Shown here piece after piece: positions 1-9,477 of a stretch of 31,887 nt of DNA. Position 1 is the first letter of the stretch. Each line of letters opens with the position of its first letter. The DNA comes from Rozella allomycis CSF55. Taxonomy: Eukaryota. A program made the position numbers and the translations under genes. The notes beneath the pieces are model-generated. The model ran no database searches. It was not told the origin of the DNA and was given only the letters and a program-made list of their open reading frames with translations. The stretch spans positions 186,001 to 217,887 of the forward strand of contig KE561117.1 of NCBI GenBank assembly GCA_000442015.1, written 5' to 3'.

Positions 1-162
1 CTGTTGAGCTTGTTCTTGAAGTATTCTTCGACTAGGTCTCACGTGTCTAAAAGTATCATTTGTACTTCTTTCATATGCGCCGTTTCTTTTACTAATATTG
101 AATGTTATAATTGTCTAATTCTAATATTTGATGTCATTGTAGCAAAGTTCGAATTTTCTTAA

Positions 163-1191
163 ATGATGTCTTTTGACTCCCAGCACGATGATATTATTGT
201 AAAAAGTGTTATTTTTGTCCAATATAGCACGACGCACAATCTGATTATTATGGGAAACGACTAGCGACATGTTCATCCGATAGGACGATTCGTATTTTCG
301 ATGTCCAAAATGGCCAGCAATCTCTGGCTGATGTTTTGAAAGGGTAATATTTTTATCAAAAATTATAAAGGCACGATGGTCCTGTTTGGCAAGTTGCATG
401 GTCACATCCAAAATTTGGCCCATTGCTAGCATCATGCTCATATGATGGAAAAGTTCTAATTTGGAAAGAAAATAGAAAAAAGTGGTCTGTTATAAAAGAG
501 CACACAGTTCACGAGTCAAGTGTGAACTCCATTTCATTCGCTCCTCATGAGCATGGTCTCCATTTGGCTTGTGGTTCTTCTGATGGAAAGGTTTCCATTC
601 TTTCTTACAATGGTATCATTCACATTATTCGTTTTTTTAAGATGATGGTACCTGGTCTCATCAAGCGTTTGTTTCGCACCAGATAGGATGTAATGCCGTG
701 TCTTGGGCACCGAGCACCGTTCCTGGTTCGTTATTCAACCCTAGCAATCAGCCGAAAATTGCAGAGAAAAAGATTGTGACTGGAGGATGCGATAATCTTG
801 TGAAAATATGGAAGTGGAATGAAAAAGATTCGACTTGGACACAAGAAGGACCCTCATTAGAGGGTCATTCCGATTGGGTTCGTGATGTAGCTTGGAGCCC
901 AAATATGGGATTGAATAATGAGATTATTGCATCTTGCTCTCAAGTAATGACTCTAGTAGTCAGTGATTGTAGGATAAGCGAGTGTTGATTTGGACCTGCG
1001 AGAATAACACTTGGAAAAGCAAAGAATTAAAGAAAGATTTATTTGGAGATACCGTATGGCGAGTTAGCTGGTCGATGACTGGTCATTTGTTGGCCGTTTC
1101 AAGTGGTGACAACAAGGTATCGCTTTGGAAGCAAAAGCTAGATGGATCATGGGAAGTAGCCGCCGAAATGGATGAGTCCCAATTCAAATAA
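163..1191 (+). CDS. SEC13: Sec13 WD40 protein (COPII coat/nucleoporin), 5 exons
   Basis: Spliced translation [36 protein letters not shown]...[17 protein letters not shown]...[15 protein letters not shown] is typical Sec13. GT-AG introns at 199-227, 344-370, 613-641 and 944-972 restore one frame. Confidence 0.97.
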
Positions 1192-1384
1192 AGAATAAGT
1201 TCAATTTAGACTTTCTTGTAATACGAACTTTAGATTTTCGAATGATAGAATGAACCCACCCTTTCGTTTCGGGCAGAGTGCTGGCTATATTGACCGATTT
1301 TTGTTTTTTTCTTGAGAATGGTGATCAATCAGTATTAAATGATCAATATGCTCCTTTCAGCGATTTTACCCCTGGTATATAAAA

Positions 1385-2469
1385 ATGACAAAATCTTTGA
1401 ATGGTGCTCTTTTTGGAATGTGCAATCCACTTTTGGACCTTATCGCAGATGTAAAGTCAGATATTTTAAAAAAGTAACATTTTCACCCTCTCTATAAGCA
1501 GATACAACCTAAAAGACAATGATCAAATTCTTGCTGATGAAACTCATAAAGGCTTATTTGAAGATCTTTTAAATCAGTACAAGGTCCAATATGTTGCAGG
1601 AGGTGCTGGCCAAAATTCAATGAGAGTTGCTCAATGGCTTTTGCCGCCCAATTCAACTGTGTATCTTGGTTGTGTAGGAAACGATGAATTCTCAAGGCAA
1701 TTAAAACAAAGTGCATCAAATGATGGTCTTCATGTTGAATATATGATAGATTCAAGCACTCCAACAGGATGCTGTGCTGTTCTAGTGCAAGGAAAATATC
1801 GGTAAGAGAAAAGGCCCAATAACATGTAGATCATTAGTTGCTAATCTTGCTGCTGCAAATAATTACAAAATGGAGCATTTATTGGCAGAAAAATGCCAAA
1901 CTTTGATGGAAAGTGCGCAATGCTTTTATATCACAGGGTTCTTCATAACAGTGTCTCCTGATTCAATTATCCATGTTGCAAGTCACGCTGCTCAGAAAAA
2001 CAAACCATTTTGCTTTAACTTGTCAGCTCCCTTTTTGAGTCAATTTTTTAATGAGTCTTTATTAAAAACTTTGCCATACGTCGATGTCTTGTTTGGAAAT
2101 GAAACAGAAGCTTTGGCGTTTGCAGAAGCTAATGCATTTAATACTAAAGATATGAAAGAAATAGCAATAAAGTTGTCCGCATTACCCAAAGTAAATCAAA
2201 ATAGAAATAGAATCGTTGTGATTACTCAGGGCGCTGATTGCGTTATTGTCGCTACTAAAGGGAATATTCAAGAATTTTCAGTTGCGCCAATTCCGTCTGA
2301 TGAAATTGTTGACACTAATGGTGCCGGTGATGCTTTCGTTGGAGGATTTTTAAGTCAATTCATTCTTGGAAATCCAATAGAAGATTGCATTCAAAAAGGA
2401 ATCTATGCTGCCAGTGTGATTATTCGTTCTTCTGGATGTACCTTTCCAAAGTCCAATGATAAACAATAA
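1385..2469 (+). CDS. ADK: Adenosine kinase (PfkB family), 3 exons
   Basis: Motifs GMCNPLLD, AGGAGQNSMRVAQW, FGNETEA and DTNGAGDAFVGGFL. Introns at 1474-1501 and 1802-1829. Confidence 0.96.
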
Positions 2470-2478
2470 ACTGATCAT

Positions 2479-3009
2479 TTATTTTTCATTTTTTGATATA
2501 AAAGGCGGAAACATGGTCAACTTTACATTAATCCCTTCTCTGGATATTCTTCTTTCGCATGACATGATATAGAAATCTCTAAGATCGTGAGCATCAACAT
2601 CATCCATCGATTTTGGCATTTTGTTCCAATCAATATTCGCTCTTTCCAATGTAGCTATAATACCTCCAATTCCTACTTTATACATTTTCGAATCTTCGGA
2701 TAATAATCTGCCTTTGATATTGTCACCAGGTTTCAATCCAAGTAGAAATCGAACAGTTTCATTCTGTCTTACTTGTTTGTTCACATTTTCAAATGGTGTA
2801 TATCTGAATTCTGTATCGATATTTCCTGTAAGAATAACGTGGTTCTGGGCCAATTCATCAATTGGCAATTCTCGTTTGAGCCCGAAATTTTTGCCTTCAA
2901 ACATGGCGTTTCTAGAGTTCCTAATCAGCAAATTCTTATCTTTAACATAATTACAAACAAAGGCCGAACGACTGAATAACTGGCGAAAGGATTGATATCT
3001 TTTGTCCAT
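2479..3009 (-). CDS. Hypothetical 176-aa protein, intronless orphan
   Basis: ATG-initiated ORF filling the space up to the ADK stop; no recognisable domain. Its C-terminus weakly resembles the repeat unit of the neighbouring ORF. Confidence 0.6.
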   Translation of the reverse strand: MDKRYQSFRQLFSRSAFVCNYVKDKNLLIRNSRNAMFEGKNFGLKRELPIDELAQNHVILTGNIDTEFRYTPFENVNKQVRQNETVRFLLGLKPGDNIKGRLLSEDSKMYKVGIGGIIATLERANIDWNKMPKSMDDVDAHDLRDFYIMSCERRISREGINVKLTMFPPFISKNEK

Positions 3010-3128
3010 TACAATTTTGAATTTTCGTTATCCATTAATTCGGGTTGCAAGCATCAAATTATCAAATAATAACATAGTAAAAACATCAAAAAATAGACCA
3101 TTTATTGGACCAATTTGCCAATTCTCTC

Positions 3129-3938
3129 CTAGAGAGCTTGGATTTTTTTTCTTAAAAGACTTAGATCTATCGTTTCCTGTGCAACAATTGGCCTCTCCTT
3201 TTTAACACCATTTTTATAATTATCGCTGACGCTTGGATCAGCCAGGTCTTTATCCATCTTTTTAAGATGCCAACTATTGTATTCTATTCTCTTTGTCATC
3301 TCCTCTAAGTATGGCTTAATATCGTCTGCTTTAAGTCTTAAAGTAAGAGCGGAATTGTAAACGTTTCGGGCCCTTTCAACATTCCCCTCGTAATCGTGCT
3401 TGTCCAAAGGTTTGGATTCCCTCTCAATAAAATTCTTGTATTCGTTTCTCAAATCCGCTTGATCTTTGGGTGTTAGCTCATTGAAAGATTTTGCCATGTA
3501 TCTATTCTTAATAGTTGTCATAACGTCACCCTTTCTTCTATAACTGGGAATCAAATCCAATTTTGCATAATCAGTTGGTAAACGTTTAAGCTTGTTTTGA
3601 GTGTCGTATAATTTAAGCAATGTGTGCAGGACATACTCGCGCTGTGCTTTATACTCGGTCGCCAGTCTTCGAAACTCAAAATCTGACATACCCTTCAATT
3701 TCCTAGGTTCGGGAGGGTACATTTTCAAATGATCTCTTTTGTCAATAATTGTTTGAATTTGATCAATTATAGGCTGAACATCTGATTTTATCATTCTCAA
3801 TTTGCGGGCTGATGAATAGATATTTGCAATTTCTTCCACTTTTCCAACACTAATTTCATCAATTTTGTAATTATTTAAAAACTTCTTATAATCACGGAAA
3901 ACCTCAATTTTGTCATCAGGACTTAACCGGTCAGGGGA
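3129..3938 (-). CDS. C-terminal part of an orphan helical protein with an internal 150-aa repeat; 5' end lost at the N join
   Basis: 810 nt of open frame from N3939 to the TAG at 3129. Two alignable units: LSPDD..YKKFL..GKVE..NIYSSARKLR..DVQP..HLKM and LTPKD..YKNFI..GNVE..NVYNSALTLR..DIKP..HLKKM. Confidence 0.7.
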   Translation of the reverse strand, partial: SPDRLSPDDKIEVFRDYKKFLNNYKIDEISVGKVEEIANIYSSARKLRMIKSDVQPIIDQIQTIIDKRDHLKMYPPEPRKLKGMSDFEFRRLATEYKAQREYVLHTLLKLYDTQNKLKRLPTDYAKLDLIPSYRRKGDVMTTIKNRYMAKSFNELTPKDQADLRNEYKNFIERESKPLDKHDYEGNVERARNVYNSALTLRLKADDIKPYLEEMTKRIEYNSWHLKKMDKDLADPSVSDNYKNGVKKERPIVAQETIDLSLLRKKIQAL

Positions 3939-3939
3939 N

Positions 3940-4085
3940 CGTAATTCCAAGGGTTCAATATTGTCTGCAATTCTCTCGATAATTTCAACTGGTAAGTCAA
4001 AGAGACTCAAAGAGCAGGACCAGGAAAGCCAAACGGAGATCATAAGGAGCAACTCAATGCACTTGTTGGATGTCAACATTTCCAT
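3940..4085 (-). CDS. Signal peptide + F-box-like protein, copy 1 (N-terminus only, cut by the N join)
   Basis: MLTSNKCIELLLMISVWLSWSCS (basic n-region, hydrophobic core, S-x-S) followed by LSLFDLPVEIIERIADNIEPLEL. Close nucleotide paralogue of 7517-7717. Confidence 0.65.
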
Positions 4086-4507
4086 CGTTTGCGGTGGCTT
4101 GTAACGATTATTTCGTAGATTTCCTAAGTTGATGGACCCTCATTAAAACATGATTGGAATTTTGTAATTAACATGGAAATCTTCCGTAAGATGCTCATGG
4201 TCCCATGGATTAAAACCACCTCGGACCCATCAATTTATTGTGTATGATGATTAAATTCTTAGAAAATCAACCCATGGAAAAGATTAAGAGATGTCAGGAG
4301 CCTCCTATTCAATACTGAATAATTAATGGCTTTATTTCACTCGTGACTCGGATCTAGAAATGGATCCCTAAATTCCAAAAAGCAAAAAATTGCCATTAGG
4401 CAAGTACCGTAAACCATGCATAAATAAGGGCGGCCCAATGTGAAGTTTTGAACTGTCAATTAAGCCTATATCGATAGTCTACTTAGTTTCGTAATTGTAT
4501 AAACATA

Positions 4508-5100
4508 TTTTTTTTAGAAAAAAACGATTTATTTGCTTTATACAAGGCGACGAAGGATCATAACCGCTGTAATCTTGTTCGCTACAAAAGATATTTTCGT
4601 GATGAAACGATTAAGTATTATTTTTCCCTCAACACCTTCAACTAAATAGACAGGCAGTTCATCCGGTTTTTCGTAAAAACTTCAACAAGATATTGTCAAT
4701 TCCACCAGTCTCCATACAAAATGGTTCAAAAAAGAGGCATTGTGATTGACAAAGGTTCATATATTTCTTCATTTTCAAATCTCTAGAGTTTTCGGCTGCA
4801 GCCAAAGGATTAATAGATGCATTTTCTAACATTGAACTGGCAGAGGGTGACATTCATTCAAAGGCGCATATTATTATTATATCCTTTGTCTGCATGTGCA
4901 CACCATTCACCCGATTCCAGGAGGTAGTTTTATCTGCAGTGATGTCAACTGATAGTTGAAAGATATTAAAATAAAAAGGACAAGGAAGACAAGAAAAAGG
5001 ACATCAGAAGTATTTGCCTATATTTGCCTATTTGGATTCTTCGGCGGAAGGTTCATTACAGTAAGGGACGGTTTCATGATGCTCCGTCTCTGCTTTAACC
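4508..5100 (-). mobile_element. Decayed 3' end of an RLE-type (CRE/NeSL-like) non-LTR retrotransposon
   Basis: SPSASS..AAAENSRDLKMKKY..L....FEPFCMETGG matches the restriction-like endonuclease region. After a frameshift it reads ...ILNRFITKISFVANKITAVMILRRLV* (stop 4538-4540), then AATAAA (4528-4533) and an A8 tract (4508-4515). The 5' boundary is approximate. Confidence 0.7.
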
Positions 5101-5342
5101 CTTGTAAGACAGGGGCAATTTAATAAATTTCCTGGTTATTTTAAGAAATTTGTCTTTGCTTTCTAGCGGACCAAAATCACCTCCGCTACAAAGCGGGATA
5201 CAAGGCTCAGTGTTTCATTATTGACATTTGACACTGACAGGAAGAATTTATTAATCGTGATAGTTGATTGTATCAGGACGAAATATGCATTTATCCGGGC
5301 AGCCCGATCCAATTTTTTTGAATATTAAAAATTAAAGCGATT

Positions 5343-6958
5343 TTATTCGTTTTTTGGCATGTTTTTTAATTTACTCATTAAAAACTGATAGAATGAAATG
5401 AATGCCCCGATAGCGCATGAAGCTTGAAAAGTTTCCAAACTGGCAGATCCGAAATAAGAGGTTAAAGCATTATTTGATTTAGCGATGCCAATAAAGTATT
5501 TGGTTACGTGGAATATTACCATGCTAGCCTTTTCCTTTTCTACGTTAAAAAGAATGGACAAGAAGAGTGGAAGAATGTTCAACCAAATCAGCCAAGGGAG
5601 AATACGATTGAACTCGAGCAACATAAAAAGTTCATACGCCTGTATCATTACCGTTATAGCAATGGCATTCAAATAATTCGATTGAAATGATTTTAGCTGC
5701 CTTTTCACTTTTTCGATTCTTGTTTCTGTTTCTAACGTATCAATGTCACAATCATCCGGATGATTATTTTTGTCTTCAATTAAAGACTCCATTTTATTAT
5801 CCTCCTGCTCACATATTTCAGCGCACTTTGAAACACCAGACTCTTTATTTACCTTATCAGTTTCTTTTATGAATTTAGAACAATTATTTCTTTCATTTAA
5901 AGGATCAGTTTTTAGTCTGCGATAAATCTCACGCAACTTACTTGCGACATTGTGTATGGAAGCCAGCTCGCTATCAGATCTTGAAATGATGTGTTCCGCT
6001 GTGTTTATTAATGACTTAATGGTCTTATCCATGCAAAACTGCTGCTTTTCAAGTGCCACATTAAATTCCGGTAATCTGAAAACATGTTTCCACAACGTAA
6101 AATATGCTTCATTCTTGAGCCTTAGAGTTAGATCCAAAAAAACTTCAATCAAATAGTGTTTCAAATAGAACGCTGCTATCAGAAGGAAACTCTCTTTGTG
6201 TTTCAATTCACAAAACATGGAGCATTTCAAAACACCTTCTTCAATGTCTTTTTTAAGATCGATTGAACCATTATTGGGGCTTTTTACAAATAAGAAATGT
6301 TTCAGAGTTTTAGGACTTGTAGCACAAAATTCCGATAGATTAAATCCATAACCTGCGTCTGCAAACAAAATGCAATGACTAAATATTTCCGGCCTGTCAT
6401 AATGAAAAGCGTATTGTGGTATAAGAACACCATTGATAATTCTGCGAACAAAGTCATTGTCTTTGTCTTCGATAATTTCAATATTTTTCCAAGGGACATT
6501 TTGATCCACACAGCTTTTGAATCTTGCAATATCAGATAATGACGGAATTCCATGTTCAACATCTTCATAGTCTGAAAATGCGTGACAAAATGGATCTGGC
6601 TTGTATTTTCCAGCTAACAATTTTGCTTCGTGAAAGAAAAGAGCATCTAAAAAAAGTCTGTTTATAAAACGCTCACCAATAGCCCCAAAAAGTATATTAT
6701 CTGCGTCGTATTTCAAGATATATTCTATTAAATTGCCTTCCGAGAAAATAAATATGTCAGCGACAATTTCAAAGACAGTTGCGCTATTCGCCTTAAATAT
6801 TGATTTTAACATGTCCATTTTGAACGAATCTTTGATATACGTTACTATTTTTTGGAAGGCGGCATCAGGATTATCAACCAATTCGTCAAATTCTTCTTTG
6901 TTGTCCAAAAGTTTGGGAAGGATACTGTATTCTAGAATTTCCTTGACATGTGTGCTTC
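5343..6958 (-). CDS. Large intronless orphan protein with C-terminal hydrophobic helices; 5' end lost at the N join
   Basis: About 1.6 kb of uninterrupted frame: helical body, acidic linker, then hydrophobic segments (YLNAIAITVMIQAYELFMLL, ILPWLIWLNILPLFLSILF, AIGAFISFYQFLM). Confidence 0.75.
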
Positions 6959-6959
6959 N

Positions 6960-7377
6960 GCGCCTCTCCATGAGCACTTCGCAAAGCATTAGGTGCTTGT
7001 TGTCGAGTTGCATGTTCATAGATAGGCGGCGATCTACGATCTATGGTTGTGTATCTAGGAAGTGTGTCACCTTGTCTTTGTACTTGTTGTCGGGTAGCCT
7101 GTTCATAGGAAGGTAGTGATCCTTGGTCTTGGGCTCTGGAAGTGTACCTGGAAGAGGCAGAACGATGGCGTCCTTGTTGGCCTTGTCTTGAGGGGTTTGA
7201 AGACCGAGTGTTACTTCCTGATGAAGTATTCTTCTTTTTTCCTTTGAAAAAGTTCTTGAACGATTTCCAAGGTGATATTCGAGACCGATTGATTGCTTGA
7301 GAATTGACCGTTCCAGCGGGGGAAGTTGCTATCAATGATAGAAATAGAGGTAAAAGTAATGTCGAAAGTAGTTTCAT
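6960..7377 (-). CDS. Secreted disordered Q/R/S-rich protein with three PY (L/PPxY) motifs; 3' end lost at the N join
   Basis: Classic signal peptide MKLLSTLLLPLFLSLIATSP, basic patch KGKKK, and LPSY (88-91), LPRY (106-109), PPIY (117-120). Confidence 0.75.
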
Positions 7378-7390
7378 GACGACCCCTTAN

Positions 7391-7655
7391 AATTATTGAT
7401 TTTCCATTTCAGTTCGATCAAAGGCACAGATCGCTCAAAATATTTTATTAAGGAGGGTAATATCGCATCCTTCTGATACCAAGCATGTGCCGTTTTGCAT
7501 GAACAAACCATTTGCTGTAATTCCAAGGGTTCAATATTGTCTGTAATTCTCTCGATAATCTCAACTGGTAAATCAAAGAGACTCAAAGAGCAGGACCATG
7601 CAAACCAAACGGAGATCATAAGGAACAACTCAATACACTTGTTAGATGTAAACAT
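7391..7655 (-). CDS. Signal peptide + F-box-like protein, copy 2 (N-terminus only, cut by the N join)
   Basis: MFTSNKCIELFLMISVWFAWSCS followed by LSLFDLPVEIIERITDNIEPLELQQMVCSCKTAHAW, fitting the F-box consensus L.dLP.Ei...I...L....l......CK...W. Confidence 0.7.
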
Positions 7656-7729
7656 TTGCAACGTTTCTTCGGTGGCTTGTGACGGATTTTTCGTAGATTT
7701 CCTAAGTTGAAGGACCCCATCATAAGATT

Positions 7730-8354
7730 ATCGGACGGGGAGTTTACGACCCGGACTTCAGAAACGATTATTGGCATGTTGAGTTAACACCATTTTCACC
7801 TCGAATACACACTCACTTTAAGGGATTTACATCGCTGACCAGGGGGGTTGTCGAGTGGTGTGTGTGTGTGTGTATGTGTAGGTGGCGGAAGTTTTGGAAG
7901 GTGCATGTTGGATTGCTCATTAATATGGCACATTTGTGTCTATTTATAAAAAAATTAAATTGAAATAATAAATTGTTGTTTTATTTTCTTTATTAGCGTC
8001 TTAGAGCCATAAGATTTCCTTGTTACACTTAGTTTTGAGTCCCCCTAACCCCTTGGAGTAGCAAATCTTTAAAAGTATCCAATCGATTAAACAATTATAT
8101 TAATTGAAAGATAAAATTTATAGACATTTATTTATTAGAACAAGATAAAGGGATTTGGGATTCGCGGGAGGAAAACGGTAAATGAAGGTCATGAGCGATG
8201 GAAGAAAGCGGTAAAATGAAATACATCTCTACTTAATTTTAGAAGAAATCACAATTTCCATGGCATCTTCAAACTAATGTCAAAAAATGATAATGATAGC
8301 AAACAGTTGTTTTGTGCGAGAAATTTATTCTTAATTATAAACTCCCCGTCCGAT
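7730..8354. mobile_element. Non-autonomous DNA transposon (MITE-like), 625 bp with perfect 17-bp terminal inverted repeats
   Basis: ATCGGACGGGGAGTTTA (7730-7746) is the exact reverse complement of TAAACTCCCCGTCCGAT (8338-8354). No internal ORF is listed. A second copy of the left end sits at 31851-31887. Confidence 0.85.
7858..7880. repeat. (GT)n microsatellite inside the TIR element
   Basis: gtgtgtgtgtgtgtgtatgtgta read directly. Confidence 0.85.
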
Positions 8355-8650
8355 TTAACGAGCACTGCGAGACTTGTAAGCTAATTGTAAGGATAGCTTT
8401 ACATAAACACTTAACTCTATATTTTTGGTCATTGGAACCACGTTACCACTGAGGCTTCCTATACATCAGTAAGACTCCCACCACAGGCCCAATCTTCGCC
8501 AAAATCCAAATAAGAATATTGAATTTTATTGGTTTGCTTTTCTATACTCCTTATTTGTGGCGATCCATATTCCAGATTACACATGAATGAGCCAGGTTTA
8601 TCATACTAGTATCTTGATTATAAATAAATGCATTTATTATCATAATGAAA

Positions 8651-9362
8651 TCATTCATCTAGGTATCTATCTATGGCACTTTCGTAATCTAAAATAGACT
8701 GAAGGTACGCATCATTGAATTTCTATATAAGCATACTATTGTTTATACTTTTTTTTCTGCAGATGCAATAGCACTCATCTCACCGATTGTAAGACCTTTC
8801 GGAAACTTACTCATCGCCAAAGAAAAATAGAAAAGTGTTGACTTTGGCGGGGTTGGTAATTCCTTGCCATATAGGACAGCTTTTTGCGCGGTTTCCAAAG
8901 GAACTTTTCTTTTAGATAGTATTAAGTTTAGTATAAAGGATGCTTTTTTGGTGTTTGCAGATCTTTGGCATCGATCCTTGTAGCACCTCATTTCATAACG
9001 CCTTTGTTCTTGCATCAACTCCATTCTCTTTTGATAATTCTTTTACTATTTTTGCGTTAATTTTACCTCTTTTTCTAAAGCATTCATTTCTTTCCACTTT
9101 TGGCATGCCTTTTTAAATCTACTTGTTTGATTTTCTTCTAATGCCTCATTGTTAAGGAAATCACGCAAGAAAATTCCCATTTGATGTGTATGGCGCTTTG
9201 GAAACTGAAAATACTTTATTAAATATTCGTAGGCTATTGACTAATACCAATTCCATTACTGTACTTATTAAAATTTGGCACATCAATATTAGAGTTATCT
9301 ACACAAGTAATAGTATATTTTTTAGGCGAAAGAAGTACGTAACATTTTCTAAAAGGTTGCAT
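8651..9362 (-). CDS. HMG-box protein, Abf2/TFAM-like, paralogue B (4 exons)
   Basis: MQPFRKCYVLLSPKKYTITC..VPNFNKY|TYEYLIKYFQFPKRHTHQMGIFLRDF..ACQKWKEMNALEKE|NYQKR..LPTPPKSTLFYF..|KFNDAYLQSILDYESAIDRYLDE*. Introns of 26, 27 and 24 nt; second HMG box degenerate. Confidence 0.75.
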
Positions 9363-9477
9363 CCGTTGCAAATCAAGAAATTTGGAAAATTGACAGATTC
9401 TTTGAAGACTTACAATTTGGACTTAAATAATGAGAAAGTGAAAAAATAAAAACTTTCTTTCTTTCTTTAATGATACT

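Noticed and set aside
1-100. Open frame on the minus strand at the window start
   Set aside because: Too short, with no resolvable start codon or recognisable motif.
121-441. Antisense and alternative-frame ORFs (also 1492-1764, 2621-2950, 12541-13029, 29943-30368 and similar)
   Set aside because: They are shadows of well-supported genes and show no recognisable motifs.
1200-1380. Possible ncRNA with a small GC hairpin between SEC13 and ADK
   Set aside because: No complete snoRNA, SRP, RNase P/MRP or ribozyme motif set; compatible with UTR or promoter sequence.
3129-4085. 318-aa ORF as one SP-F-box-repeat protein
   Set aside because: It reads through N3939, where the F-box is cut mid-motif; the frame continuity may be coincidental.
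5311-5320. Sm-site-like AATTTTTTTG suggesting a spliceosomal snRNA
   Set aside because: No U1, U2, U4 or U5 diagnostic sequence nearby and no 3' stem-loop; the motif is common in AT-rich DNA.
5343-7661. ORF extensions across N6959 and N7390 (558-aa N-terminus, 163-aa and 95-aa C-termini)
   Set aside because: Chimeric translations across assembly joins; the first 20 aa of the 558-aa ORF are an alternative frame of the PY-motif gene.
8360-8630. Possible small gene or remnant next to the TIR element
   Set aside because: No consistent ATG-to-stop model with normal-sized introns could be built.
9230-9260. Apparent frameshift after an ATG in HMG paralogue B, suggesting a pseudogene
   Set aside because: That ATG lies in a 26-nt intron conserved in both paralogues; splicing restores the frame from the ATG at 9362.
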